A stretch of DNA of 64,000 bases from Candidatus Eiseniibacteriota bacterium (GCA_963792585.1 CAWBWI010000004.1:256001-320000); one strand, 5' to 3'; counted from the stretch's first letter, positions 21,268 through 33,068 are shown. A program made the numbers and translations. Notes: generated by a model not told the origin, from the sequence alone.

Positions 21268-22575
21268 CTACCGGTAACTCGCCTTGATCCGACCCCAGGT
21301 AGTCGCCTGGATCGGCGTAGGCTCACACTCATTCGGGTCACAGTTGGTCCCGTTCCCCATGTAGTTCCCGCCCTGGTCGCCGCACGCTGACTGTCCAAGG
21401 ACGAGGCACGGTCCATCCCCGAAGCAGCAAGCACCAGTCGGTAGAGCGCCGCAACCCTGCCCGAGGGCACCTATGAGTTCACCGCAAGGGCTATTCTCGG
21501 CAAGACATGGGGAATCCTCGCGAAGACTATAGTCCGACAAATGAGCTTCATAGCAGTCGAATTCTAAGCAGTACATTGGATCATCCCATACCTGCTCGCC
21601 CACGAATCCGATGCTCCATAAGGTGACACCGGTACTATCAACGGCGCAGCACTCCACCCGGCCAATGGCCCCTTCCCAGACATTGAGATCGAACTGACCG
21701 CATTCAGTGAAGTTATCTCGTACTACCGACCGCTGCGCATCCAGGCTCCCCGATCGCACTTCAACCCCACCTGCATTTCCTGCCAGGGTGCTGCGGATGA
21801 TATGGGCATTAGCTTCTGCGCCATCAATTGCAATCCCGCCGATTCCTCCAGCCTGTCTTCCGAAGTTGTAGGTCACCAGTGACTCCTCGAGCCGCAGCTC
21901 CCCCGCATCCGACACCATTACACCCCCCGCCATCCCTCCATTGCAGTCGCGGATCACGCAACGGTCGATCGTGAGTCGCCCGCGCCCTGTTACCTCAGCG
22001 CCGCCGCCACTTTCACGGATCGTGCAGGTCACCAACCGCACACTGGCCATCCCATGGACGCCAACAGCAGGAATGACGTTCTCCTCGATCAAACAATCCG
22101 TCACGACTACAGAGGCATCTCCACCCGCAAGGATGGCTCCATTCAACGGCGGCGGTGGATCTCCATACGCAAAGGAATAGCCCGTCATATGGCAGCCGTT
22201 GATCCTCAGAGTGCAGTTTCCACTCGCACAAACCGCACAACCAGAACCTGTGTCGAGGGTGAATCCATCGACTAGGGCAACGGCATTGTCCGAACCACCA
22301 ACCCAGACACTCCCACCGACCACTCTCGTGCTGATTGCACCCGACTCACCTAGCAATACAACATCCCAATCAGGGAAGGATATTTCCTGATTCCCCTCAC
22401 CTTGATGGACCCCGCTCCTAACCAGAACAGTGTCCCCCTCTTCCGCCGCCGTCAGCCCTGCCTGGATCGTAGGATACTGGTCGGGCACAATGCGAAGTAC
22501 AGCCTGCGCCGACTGCCCGACGAATAGCACCAGGGGGACCACGCCCCACGAACAAAGACGCTTCCGGCCGCTCAT
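21268..22575 (-). CDS. Secreted right-handed beta-helix protein with GACC module and TTWG tail
   Basis: 'VPDQYPTIQAGL...GDTVLV' start of a PbH1 domain; 'YSLREDSPCL'; ends 'TTWGRIKASYR'; visibly more AT-rich than its neighbours. Confidence 0.85.
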   Translation of the reverse strand: MSGRKRLCSWGVVPLVLFVGQSAQAVLRIVPDQYPTIQAGLTAAEEGDTVLVRSGVHQGEGNQEISFPDWDVVLLGESGAISTRVVGGSVWVGGSDNAVALVDGFTLDTGSGCAVCASGNCTLRINGCHMTGYSFAYGDPPPPLNGAILAGGDASVVVTDCLIEENVIPAVGVHGMASVRLVTCTIRESGGGAEVTGRGRLTIDRCVIRDCNGGMAGGVMVSDAGELRLEESLVTYNFGRQAGGIGGIAIDGAEANAHIIRSTLAGNAGGVEVRSGSLDAQRSVVRDNFTECGQFDLNVWEGAIGRVECCAVDSTGVTLWSIGFVGEQVWDDPMYCLEFDCYEAHLSDYSLREDSPCLAENSPCGELIGALGQGCGALPTGACCFGDGPCLVLGQSACGDQGGNYMGNGTNCDPNECEPTPIQATTWGRIKASYR

Positions 22576-22864
22576 CTGCCCGCTCCTCCTTCAATGACGA
22601 TGGGGACGGTCTTTCTCTTCGTCCCCACCCGAAGCTGAGCGAAGTAGACCCCCCGCAACTCTGATGCCTCCATCGGTCTTTCCGTCCCACGCCACGTCCT
22701 TCACGCCATTAACTATCGCTCCACGCAACAAGGAGGCGAATCTTCGCGGTTCGCACCATCACTGTTATCTCGAGCGCGCGCTTTGGTGTCGGCATATCCG
22801 CTGGAAAGGATGCTGAGGAAGTGTGGTCCAGACCTGGTCGGGGATGGGTGCTAGGGCCTAGAGT

Positions 22865-23230
22865 TGGGGGCCAGGACGCAGATGCCCCTCGGCCCACTCG
22901 GCGGAGGGGCTTCCAGTAGGCGCAATGAGAATCTGCGACCTGCATGCTCGACTCCAGAACCTCGATCCCACGTGAACTGGCCCGCGCAAGTCGTCGCGAT
23001 GAGGCGGCGTATGCGTCTGGAGAAGACGCAACGAGGATACCGCGATCACGGAGGGAGCGCCAGCGGCATTTGATGAGCGTTCGCCACGACCGCACAGTTT
23101 CGTCAACCGTCCTCAGCGGGCATCGCTCATGCTGAGAGCGTCCACCACTCGGCCGCGATCCTCGACGATGAGGGCGCGTTGCGCCTGAAACGAGGAGATC
23201 AGGGCACGGATAATGGTGAAGAGCAAGGCG
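22865..23230 (-). pseudogene. Decayed IS remnants flanking repeat copy D
   Basis: 22865-23075 matches 6488-6680 and 34765-34960 ('GIEVLE'); 23160-23230 reads 'IIRALISSFQAQRALIVE', like the transposase N-terminus. Confidence 0.6.
23075..23158 (+). repeat. Intergenic repeat family, copy D (left core)
   Basis: GAGCGTTCGCCAC-N7-CAGTTTCGTCAACCGTCCTCAGCGGGCATCGCTCATGCTGAGAGCGTCCACCAC. Confidence 0.8.
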
Positions 23231-23430
23231 GGAAGGCTATCGTAGATCTGCGCGTAACTGCAAGCCAAGCGGCGAGGACGGAGTTTTTCAGAAGCCATAG
23301 CTCTTTCATGCCGCAAGTGTGTGCCACGCGCTGCCCTTAGCGCACGGACGGCTCGGGTCTGAAACCACCGACCGACTGGGCTCGCGCTGCGCACCCCGCG
23401 CGTTCGCGCGCGTGTTAGACACCACCTATT

Positions 23431-24270
23431 CTAATTGCGGTATCGCGCCTTTACTGCGCCCCACGTTGTCTCAATGACCGGGACGGGTCCATCCACCTCC
23501 ACCCGGAACTCATCGAGGCTCCACTCTGTCCAGTCGTCGGCCCATAAGTACCAGTAGATCGGGGCATTTCCGAAGAGGACGGCGGTCGGTCTCAATGAAG
23601 TCGTGACCGGACCGTAGATGACCTGACCGTCGACGAGGATCGCGGCCGATGTCCCGACGTACACCACCTTGACCTCATGAGGAGCGGTCGGGTCGACCGG
23701 TACAATCCCCACCAGGTCGAACGAGCCGTCGAGAGCCGTGTTGATCCGGAGCCCCCCTTGCGCAGCGTCGGTCCCCATATGCAGTACGACATCTTCCGGG
23801 TGTCCATGGGGCAGACGGTCCCCGACGGGCTCCGTGTCCTGCGATCGAAAGACTGCGAGGCCACTGCCATATGGCGCGAGGTGGTCGTAGCGCAATCGCA
23901 GCGTGAAAGAGAAATCTCCTGAGGTTGGGAACACCAGCACGGACCCGGGGAGCCTGGAATACAGGATTGGGTATGCTCGTTCATTACTCGAGGAGAAGTG
24001 CATCCATCCATCAGATAGGGTCGCACTGCCGTACGGCGCGTGGATGGCGATATCGTGGCACTCGACTCCCTCATCGACCCAAGACCCGGGCCCCCAATAG
24101 TCGTCCGTCTCCTGACACCAGCGCGGACCGCTGGTCAGGATCTCGGTGCGCCAGACTGAGGGGTCCAGGTTTGGTCCGTTGAACTGCTCCTCGAAGAAGA
24201 TGTCGGCGGCCGCCATCGATGCGATCGACAGCAGGCTGGTGAACACGAATAGGCCGATGATCGGCTTCAA
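23431..24270 (-). CDS. Secreted concanavalin-A/LamG-like beta-sandwich protein with TTWG tail
   Basis: TTG start after GGAGG; signal peptide (AAA|D); 'FFEEQFNGPNLDPSVW'; ends 'VIETTWGAVKARYRN'. Confidence 0.8.
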   Translation of the reverse strand: MKPIIGLFVFTSLLSIASMAAADIFFEEQFNGPNLDPSVWRTEILTSGPRWCQETDDYWGPGSWVDEGVECHDIAIHAPYGSATLSDGWMHFSSSNERAYPILYSRLPGSVLVFPTSGDFSFTLRLRYDHLAPYGSGLAVFRSQDTEPVGDRLPHGHPEDVVLHMGTDAAQGGLRINTALDGSFDLVGIVPVDPTAPHEVKVVYVGTSAAILVDGQVIYGPVTTSLRPTAVLFGNAPIYWYLWADDWTEWSLDEFRVEVDGPVPVIETTWGAVKARYRN

Positions 24271-24522
24271 GAAACACCTCCATATGCTTGGGTGGCAAAG
24301 CCATGGACTGGCACTGTGTCCGGGACCGTTTGTCGCGGAGGGAGGCAAGGCCGAAGGGAAACGTGCGGTTGCGGCCGCATCTCAGCGTCTCCTTTGTCGG
24401 AGCACGGATTCGACGCATCACCGTCTCGACCTGTTTGCGCAAGAGGATTCTACGCCCCGCGAGCACTCATGTCCAAGCAGGAGATCGGGATCTGCTCTCT
24501 CGAAGCCTGGCCGAGCACCAGG

Positions 24523-24887
24523 TATCCCGCCCGGCATGTCCCGACCGCATCGGTGTTCACCACGAGCGCGCAGTTTCGTGAAGCGCCCGCAGCGGGCACC
24601 GCTCATGCCGAGAGCGTCCACCACTCGACCAACAGAGAGAGTGCCACAGAGAGTTACGCCCTCTCACGCCCCAATTTCGCGGCGGTTCACAGCGATCGCG
24701 CTCGACACAGTTCGCAAACAGAGAATCCGCATCGTCGTGCCACGCGCGCAACACGCACGCGTTTCTGCGGATAACAAGGAGCGCCGGAGGCATCAACCAC
24801 CGAGGCTCCGTCCACCACTCTCGCCACGATAAGCTCGTGGCCTGCTTGTCTGGCTCCCCGGAGAGGACAGATTACGAACGGTTCTCT
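24523..24887 (+). repeat. Intergenic repeat family, copy E (full length)
   Basis: Left core CAGTTTCGTGAAGCGCCCGCAGCGGGCACCGCTCATG; right end GGCTCCCCGGAGAGGACAGATTACGAACGGTTCTC. Confidence 0.8.
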
Positions 24888-24917
24888 CCTGTCGCGGCCC
24901 TCGAAGCGCCAGGTCTC

Positions 24918-27900
24918 TCAGTTGATCCGTATCACTCCCCTCCTCCAGCACTTCTCCCCAGCACTCAGGCGCAGGAAATACACACCCGGGGCGACCTGAC
25001 CTCCGCCTGATCCTCGGCCATCCCACGCGAGGGAGTGCGTCCCTGCAGCCACTACCCCAAGATCCAGGGTTCGAATCGTCCGACCGGCGGCATCAAAGAC
25101 ATCCAGACGCGCCGGCCCCGCATTCGATAGGCGATACCATAGTACCGCTGAGGTCGAGGATGGGTTTGGAACCACGCCAAGGATTCCCTCCCCGCCTACT
25201 GCAGCGATGGCAGGAATGCCTGACACCGGACACGGATTCGGATCACAGGTCGTCCATTCAGGATGCCAGACATTGGGGGCAACGCAGGCCGCCTGAGTGG
25301 TCATGGCGCATGTCTCTGCTACCGGATTGCAGCAGGCGCCGACCTGCGGACAGGGGTTCGGGGTGCAGGTCGCCCACTCCCCGTGCCAGACGTTTGGAGC
25401 AACACACTCAAGCGACGTCGTCATTGTACAGGCTCCGGTTGTCGGGTTACAGCACGCACCCTGTGGCTGTGGACAGGGATTCGGCGCACAAGTCGTCCAC
25501 TCCCCGTGCCATACATTCGGAGCGACACACTCAGGTGGCGTTGTGACTGTGCACACCCCAGTCGTCGGGCTACAGCACGCGCCTTGTGGCTGTGGACACG
25601 GGTTCGGCGCACAGGTCGTCCATTCCCCGTGCCAGACGTAGCCGCAGTTCGCCTGGGTCGTAACCGTACATGTGCCCGTGGCCGGATTGCAGCAGGCCCC
25701 AACCGCGGGGACCAAACCCAGACTGCGATAGGCGCCCGCCGCGACCGCTACGAAGCCGGCGTTCGGTGTGGGGACATGGGACTCGCCGTAGTAGTTCGTC
25801 CCCCATGCCACGATCCTTCCATCGGCCTTGAGACCCAGACTGTGACGAAACCCCGCAGTGACTGCGATGAAGCTGGTATTAGGCTCCGGAACGTTACACT
25901 CACCGGAACCGTTGTACCCCCAAGCGATGATCGAGCCATCGGATTTCAGGCCCAAACTGTGATACTGACCCCCAGCGACCGCTACGAAGCCGGTGTTCGG
26001 CGCGGGGACGTAGCACTGGCCAAACCAGTCGAGACCCCATGCCACGATCGTCCCGTTGGACTTCAGGCCCAGACTGTGATAGTTGCCCGCCGCAACTGCC
26101 ACGAATCCGGCGTTTGGCGCGGGGACGTAGCACTCGCCGCTGAAGTTGTTGCCCCATGCCACGATCGTCCCGTTGGACTTCAGGCCCAGACTTTGACTGG
26201 TGCCCGCTGCGACCGCCACGAAGTCGGCGTTCAACGCGGGGACGTTGCACTGGCCGTAGTCGTTGAGCCCCCACGCCACGATGGACCCATCGGCTTTGAG
26301 AGCCAAGCTGTGAGCCCCTCCCCCCGCGATCGCTACGAAGTCCGCGTTCGGCGCGGGGACGTTGCACTGGCCGTAGTCGTTGAGCCCCCATGCCACGATC
26401 GTCCCGTCGGACTTGAGACCAAGACTGTGCTCATTGCATCCATTGATCGCCACGAAGTCGGCGTTGGGCGCCGGCACATCGCACCCGCCGTTGTCGTTCT
26501 TCCCCCATGCCACGATCGAGCTGCCGCCTGGTTGAGGACATGGATTCGGAAGACAGGACGTTCCCGGACCCATCCAGACGCTGGGGAACGTGCATAGATT
26601 CTCGGTCACCACTAGGCAATTCCCCGTCACGGGATTGCAGCAGCCGCCGGGTGGACAGGGGCTTGGGTCGCAGCTCGTCGTTCCGCCCCATCCTCCCCCT
26701 CCTTCGGCGCAGGTTGCCTGAGGTAGTTGCTCGCAGTGTCCATCGGGGAAGCAGCAGGCCATCGGAGTGGACGGGCAGGGATTCGGGTCACAAGTGCTTG
26801 GGTATCCGAGCGGAACCCCTCCTTCGGAGAGGCAAACGCGTTCCGTGACGAACTCACAGTGCTCGTCCGGGAAACAGCAGGCCGACGACTCCGGAAGCGT
26901 GATCGACCAGTCGAGCGTGAAGTCCGCGCCCGCGTCTGGGCCGGTGGCGTCGGCGATCAGGTAGTAGGTCCCGGCGGCTCCCACCGTCCATGTGAACGTC
27001 TCCGGCTCCGGATTGTCCGCGCCGACCACACAACTGGCCATATCACCGCAATCGGAGAGGATGTAGATGGATCCATCATATGCTGGAGTCGCATAGACGA
27101 CGTGGACGATGTCGCCGACGACCACGTTCAGTATGTACACGAGATCCCTGCCGTGTGCAGAGTTGCCGGTGCAACCGTTCGTCGGGTTGTAATCGTTGAA
27201 CGCGCCCGCCAGGTTCGCGGCGATCGAGCCGCTGCCGTAGCGGGGCAACTCGATCGCACCCGAGCACAAGTCGTTCGGCGGTCGCGCGCATGGATTTGGG
27301 TTACAGCTCGTATCGATGCCCGATGATCCCCCTCCTTCATCACAGGCAGCCTGGAGACAATTGCTCGCAACGCCCATCGGGAAAGCAGCAGGCCATCGGA
27401 AGCGACGGGCAGGGATTCGGGTCACAAGTGCTCCCGGGTCCCTGGTATGCCCCCCCGAGTTGGGAGCAGTCCACAGGCATGAGGGACTCGCAATGCAAAT
27501 CGGCAAAGCAGCACGCTCCGGGAACCGGAGGAGTTGTATAGAACCGCTGACTGGCGTCAAAAGGGACGCCAATGAGATCCTCAATCCGAATCCAGTCCGG
27601 GTACCCGTAGGCTTCGGAACGAAACGTAGATTGATAGCCGGTCACCTGCCCCGCCGCGAGATGAAACCAACTCGGCGGGATCGCATGGTCGCACGCTTGG
27701 GCCGAGAACCAGTATGACCCTACCCCAATATCCGCCGACACGGATGCGTGATACTCGTAGACTCTTGCGCCCTCGGGGCCCTGGCCTACATCGATCGTCC
27801 ACGTCGGGGTGGATTCGAGATACTCGGCCACGATGGAACCCGGAACACCACCAGCGTCAGAGTAGAACCGCAAGTTGAATGCAGTGACATTTGGTTCGCC

Positions 27901-28218
27901 TTCTCCGTTTTCGTACACTCCCCACCACACGGCTTCAAGGATGGTCGTTTGCGCCGAAGAGTAGAAGTCGTTTGCGACTTCGGTCTCGGTCCCATAGACA
28001 GCATTGATCTCTGACATCAGCGCCGATCCGTTGAGATCCGGAGGCTCGTCCCACCATCCGTCCCGATCCCCGAGCATCACCGCCGGCGGCCCGCTGCCGC
28101 GATGCGCGAGCCCAAGCGTCGGGGGACCGGCAATTCCAACTGCCGGACAGAGCATCACGAAGATCAAGCAGAGACCCAAACTGAGGAATCCGACCCGCGA
28201 CGACCCTTGGTTCTTCAT
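24918..28218 (-). CDS. Third paralogous large secreted protein: 9 GACC modules, PPC-like insert, 7 RCC1 repeats, FlgD-Ig tail; frameshift near 27350
   Basis: ORFs 27340-28278 and 24918-27584 join at 'CEQLS/QAACDEGGG'; same N-terminal domain as the genes at 11120 and 14451. Confidence 0.85.
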
Positions 28219-28682
28219 CTGACGGCCCCTTTCCCTCTGTCCCAGTCGGTTCCGAGCAGCATGACGCCACGCGTCCAAGTGGATGGATTATCTCGGGTGA
28301 ACGGACGATCACCGGCTCCACTGCTCGTACTCATCGGAAATCAATGGGATCAAGTGCGCGGATCTCACAGTAAGTGCCCTTCCGGTCGCGTCCGCGTAGT
28401 TGAAGGCGGAATAAGTATACTCCCGCATGGGGTGGAAGGCGCATATTGTAGTGGAGGAGGCTTGCTCTATTCCGGACGCCACCCAAGAAGGCTGACCCAG
28501 GGATCTGCCGCCCCAGGCGATGATTGCGGGGTCTCCGGCTGGTTGGTCGGTGCGTCGGGGTGGAATACTTCCGATCGTGGCCACCGCTGTTCCAACACGT
28601 CCCATTCACGCATCCGTGGATCGCTCATCGTGGCGGCGACTCGCAAACTGAGGGGGACGCTCCCTATCGGGCCAAGATCACC

Positions 28683-30056
28683 TGTGCTTCACGAGAATCC
28701 CTGCAGCCGCTCCCCCAGACAGATCTGCCGCCAATCCGTGATACGCTCAGCGACCTCATGGAAACACTTCTATCCGGACTGCTCAGATTCCTCCGCGCGA
28801 TTCTCCAGTCGAGGACAACTCTGGCCTTGGAGAACGCCGCCCTGCGCCAACAACTCACGATCTACGAACGCTCTCAGAGGCATGTTCGGCTCCGAAGTGA
28901 AGATCGACTCTTCTGGATCTTTCTGCGCCGACTCTGGTCGGGCTGGGATCGGACCCTGATCGTCGTCAAGCCCGAGACCGTGATCGCATGGCATCGACGA
29001 GGCTTCAAACTCTTCTGGAGGAGGAAGTCGGGGCCGTCCGTAGGCCGACCGAAGATCCCACGGAGTCACATCCGATACATCCAGCGCATCTCGGGCGACC
29101 ACCCGGAGTGGGGCGAGGACAGGATCGCCGAAGAACTTGTCGCCAAGTTCGGAGTCTCACACTCGTCCAGCACCATCCGTCGGTACATGGTTCCACGCGA
29201 GCGACCGCCCCGCGCAGAAGCAGACCTGGCGCACCTTCATTCAGTAACCATGCCGGGCAGGTGTGGGCCTGCGACTTCCTCACCCAGTACACGGCTTTCT
29301 ATGCCGTCATCCACGTCTTCGTCATCATGGAGGTCGGATCGCGGCGGATCGTCCATGCCAACGTCACGAGCAACCCGACATTGTCATGGGTGAAGCAGCA
29401 GTTCCGGGAGGCGACGGCCGATGGCCAGATGCTCCGCGCTTCCTCGTCCACGACAACGGCGGAATCTACCGGCAGTGGGGGAAGCCCCTGGTCGTGGAGG
29501 AGGAAGGCCGGAGCCGCAGCTACCGATGCCATCTCGATCTCTGGTTGGACCAAGTCATGGGTATCGAGGGGCTGCCGATTCCCTACGGAGCGCCGAACGC
29601 GTCGCCCCACATCGAACGGTTCATGAGGACGCTACGGCAAGAGGCGCTGGACCACTTCATCTTCCTCAGTGCCGATCACATCCGTCGAGTCGTCAGCGAG
29701 TACGTCCGTTACTACAACGGGGCGCGCCCGTCGCAGGCGATTCACGGGATTCCCGATCCATACCCGGAGCTACGGCAGCCACCACCGACCGCGGGACGAT
29801 TGGTTGCCCTCCCCATCCTGGGTGGCGTCCAGCACGACTACCGGTTGGTCGCGTAGCTCTCTTTCGTCCGTTCGGCCACGCTCAATCGCGAGGGATAACT
29901 ACGCCCCGGCCGGTCGGAAATCTCCTCGACGCGCTCGCACTTGCTTTTCGGAGCGCCTCGAGAGCATGGATCGTTGCCCTGCTACGTCCCAAGAACATCC
30001 AAGCCGACGATAATCAGGTTAGTCCGCCAAGGCGCATGGAGTTTTCTCGGAGTACG
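28683..30056 (+). mobile_element. Insertion sequence encoding an rve/integrase-core (DDE) transposase
   Basis: Transposase 28758-29856; imperfect terminal IRs TGTGCTTCACGAGAATCC / GGAGTTTTCTCGGAGTACG. Confidence 0.75.
28758..29856 (+). CDS. Integrase-core domain transposase (2-3 frameshifts)
   Basis: 'ENAALRQQL', 'PETVIAWHRRGF', HTH 'WGEDRIAEEL', 'WACDF' (D1), 'VHDNG' (D2), 'ERFMRTLRQE' (E), 'YYNGARPSQ'. Confidence 0.88.
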
Positions 30057-30057
30057 G

Positions 30058-30197
30058 GTTTCCAAACAGAGAATCGGCCCGGCGGAGGCACGCGCGCAAC
30101 AGGCGCGCAGCTCTGCGGATAACGAAGAGCCCCGATGGCATCAACCACCGAGGCTCCGTTCACCGCTCTGATCACGCGCAGGTCATGCAGCGGGGCC
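30058..30197 (+). repeat. Intergenic repeat family, copy F (right half, left half cut off by the IS)
   Basis: CAAACAGAGAATC...CTGCGGATAAC...GGCATCAACCACCGAGGCTCCG matches 24715-24810 and 35190-35290. Confidence 0.8.
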
Positions 30198-32681
30198 TTA
30201 TCTGGCCAAGATCACCCGTCCCGTCTTGGTCCCCTGTGGCGTTACAACCCGGGCAAAGTAGACTCCTGTCGGCACCTCTCGTCCGTTGTCATCTCGTCCG
30301 TCCCATGGGGTCGAGAAGGAACCGGCCGGCAGCTGGCCCTCCACTAGCTGCCGCACAAGGACTCCGGCCGCGTCGAATATCTCAAGGGTGATAGCCGTCG
30401 CTGTGGGCAAGCCATAAAGGATCGAGACTTCTCGGGAGCTAGGATTAGGAGCGGCCGTGAGAGTCAGCGACTCCGCAGTCCGAGATATCGCCTCGATAGC
30501 GGAAGGCGGACACTGGTTGCCCAGACAGAGTGTTCCATCTCCCTGGTAGTTGTTTGGAGGCTGACATCCTTCCTGGGTTGCCTGCCTGCATGTGCCGTCA
30601 ACATAACAGCATGCTCCCGGCCGTGGACACGGATTCGGCTCGCAGGTCGTCCACTCCCCGTGCCAGACGTTGGGAGCGACACACTCAAGGGACGTCGTGA
30701 TTGTGCAGGTCCCGGTCGTGGGGTTGCAGCACGCACCTTGAGGCTGTGGACTGGACAGCTTGGCGACGAACGCGTCGTGATCGCCCCCGTTATACGATGT
30801 GTCGTAGGCTCCCGGCGTCGTGGGGAATGTCGAAGAGGCCAGTCCCGTCAAGACGGGGCATTCAGAAATATCCAGAGCGAGGGCAACGCCTCCGTCCCCG
30901 CCACTTCCCCCCAGGAAAGTGCTAAAGAGAAGTATCGAACCCGTGCCGGAGAGCCTGGCGACGAATGCGTCACTGTAGCCATCGAGCGAGGCGTCGTACG
31001 CCCCCGGCGTCGTCGGGAAGTCCGAAGATACGGTAGAGCCCGTCAGGATTGGTTCTCCTGCTGCATTCAGAGCAAGGGCCGAGGCCCTATCAAGGTTGTT
31101 TCCCCCCAGGAAGGTGCCCCAAAGAAGGCTCGAACCCGTGCTGGAAAGCTTGGCGACGAAGACGTCATAGCCGCCGCCGTTGAATGAGGTGTCGAACGCC
31201 CCCGGCGTCGTGGGGAAGTCAGAAGACCAGGTCAACCCCGTCAGGACGGAGTTTCCTGAAGTGTCCAGCGCGAGAGCATAGCCCTCCTCAACATCGCTCC
31301 CCCCCAGGAAGGTGCTCCAGAGAAGGCTCGAACCTGTGCTGGAAAGCTTGGTGACGAAGGCATCGACGGAGCCGTTGATCGAGGTGTTGTATGCCCCCGC
31401 CGTCGTAGGAAAGTCCGCAGATAAGGCATACCCCATCACGACGGGATTATCTGACGAGTCCGGAACGATCGCATAACCCCGGTCATAGTCGTTCCCTCCT
31501 AGGAAGGTGCTCCAGAGAAGGCTCGAACCCGTGCCAGAAAGCTTGACGACGAACGCGTCGTACAGGCCACCGTTGAATGAGGTGTCGAACGCCCCCGGCG
31601 TCGTGGGGAAGTCGGATGAGTAGGTGTACCCAGTCAGGACAGGGTTTCCAGAAGCGTCCAGAGCGACGGAAAGGGTACAGTCCATATCGCCCCCCCCTAG
31701 TAGGGTGCTCCAGAGAAGGCGCGAACCCGTGCCAGAAAGCTTGGCGACAAACGCATCACTGTGGCCGGCGAGCGAGGCGTCGTACGCCCCCGGCGTCGTG
31801 GGGAAGTCAGAAGACTCGGTTCTACCCGCTAGGACTGGGTCTCCTGAAGTGTCCAGAACGATAGCATCGCCGTCGTCATCGCTGCTTCCCCCCAGGAATG
31901 TGCCCCAGAGAAGCGCGCTCGGATCGTCCCGATCTCCCAGCCCCACATCCTCACCGTCGATCTCCCCAAGTGCTCTCCCCGCCAAGAATCGTCCTTCCCT
32001 GCTCCCGGCCCCCGGCCGGACCTCCACCAACCACCCCGCCGATGTCTCGAGCCACACCTCCGGGCCCCCGCGATCCATCACCTGCTCGACGCCCTTGTAC
32101 AGGAACCGGGAGGGTTGTGGCGCGGCACCGTTCTGCGCCACCATCTCGTACGTCAACGCACCATCCTGGCTCCGGAATACCAGATCCACGCCGGGCCAGA
32201 GTTCCGGATAGACAACCTCGCCGTAGGAGGGAACGTCCGTCCGCCATCGGGCCGGGTCATTCCCAAGAAAGAAGTTGTACCTGCCAGGTAACTCCTCACG
32301 AGCCTCCACGCGGGGTGCGGAATCCGCTCCGTCAAAGCAGAGCCACACGGCGCAGCCGCGTCTCTGCGATGATCTAGGCTCTCCTGCAAGTTGTACTGCA
32401 CTCGCCGGTCCACGTGAGAACCTCGGATGCCGTCCCGCGCCAGTCTCCCAGGATGCCTCCACTGTTTGCTCCACATCCGCCTGCGTGTCCTCATCGCGCA
32501 GGTCGAAAACCAAAGCATCCCTTGTGAAGTAGACGGTCCCACGCTGCCCCGTGCCGTAGAACAAGACCCGTTCGTCCAACTGGCCGCGGTTCTGGATGAA
32601 CCCGCTGGAGATGGCCTCCGCTCTGGGCACAGTGAGAACACAAGCAGTCAAGATCAGCAAACAGACGCCAAGGAACCTCAC
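30198..32681 (-). CDS. Secreted SBBP-repeat beta-propeller protein with 2 GACC modules and FlgD-Ig tail
   Basis: 'FIQNRGQ...NFFLGNDPARWRTDVP' N-domain; six 'LLWSTFLGG...SSDFPTTPGAYD...DAFVAKLS' repeats; start codon uncertain (GTG 32681 chosen). Confidence 0.88.
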   Translation of the reverse strand: MRFLGVCLLILTACVLTVPRAEAISSGFIQNRGQLDERVLFYGTGQRGTVYFTRDALVFDLRDEDTQADVEQTVEASWETGAGRHPRFSRGPASAVQLAGEPRSSQRRGCAVWLCFDGADSAPRVEAREELPGRYNFFLGNDPARWRTDVPSYGEVVYPELWPGVDLVFRSQDGALTYEMVAQNGAAPQPSRFLYKGVEQVMDRGGPEVWLETSAGWLVEVRPGAGSREGRFLAGRALGEIDGEDVGLGDRDDPSALLWGTFLGGSSDDDGDAIVLDTSGDPVLAGRTESSDFPTTPGAYDASLAGHSDAFVAKLSGTGSRLLWSTLLGGGDMDCTLSVALDASGNPVLTGYTYSSDFPTTPGAFDTSFNGGLYDAFVVKLSGTGSSLLWSTFLGGNDYDRGYAIVPDSSDNPVVMGYALSADFPTTAGAYNTSINGSVDAFVTKLSSTGSSLLWSTFLGGSDVEEGYALALDTSGNSVLTGLTWSSDFPTTPGAFDTSFNGGGYDVFVAKLSSTGSSLLWGTFLGGNNLDRASALALNAAGEPILTGSTVSSDFPTTPGAYDASLDGYSDAFVARLSGTGSILLFSTFLGGSGGDGGVALALDISECPVLTGLASSTFPTTPGAYDTSYNGGDHDAFVAKLSSPQPQGACCNPTTGTCTITTSLECVAPNVWHGEWTTCEPNPCPRPGACCYVDGTCRQATQEGCQPPNNYQGDGTLCLGNQCPPSAIEAISRTAESLTLTAAPNPSSREVSILYGLPTATAITLEIFDAAGVLVRQLVEGQLPAGSFSTPWDGRDDNGREVPTGVYFARVVTPQGTKTGRVILAR

Positions 32682-32967
32682 CGGCACCCCGCCGCGACTC
32701 CATCTTTCGGACCAGGAGTCGACGGAGCATCGGACCTTGCCAACATGAGGACGAAAGAAGCTCCCATACAAGCCAGCCATGGCGAATCCCCCGTTCGTAA
32801 TTGCACCTGTGGAATGATCCGCTGTTGTGACCGGGAAGTATCCTACGCTTCTCCGAGCCCACAAGCAATGTGGACTCTACGGCGGGTGATGTACGAGGTT
32901 GTGTGCCAGGCCGGTCTCAGGAAGTGCTTGAGACGGGCGGGAGATAGCTCCGTGTACCGCGCCCCGG

Positions 32968-33068
32968 CCCCATGCCGCCCTGTCCCGCTCGCATCCGCGT
33001 TCACCACGAGATCGCAGTTTCGTGAAGCGTCCTCAGCGGGCATCGCTCATGACGGGAGCGTCCCGCAC
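32968..33068 (+). repeat. Intergenic repeat family, copy G (left core)
   Basis: GCGTTCACCAC-N7-CAGTTTCGTGAAGCGTCCTCAGCGGGCATCGCTCATGACGGGAGCGTC. Confidence 0.8.
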
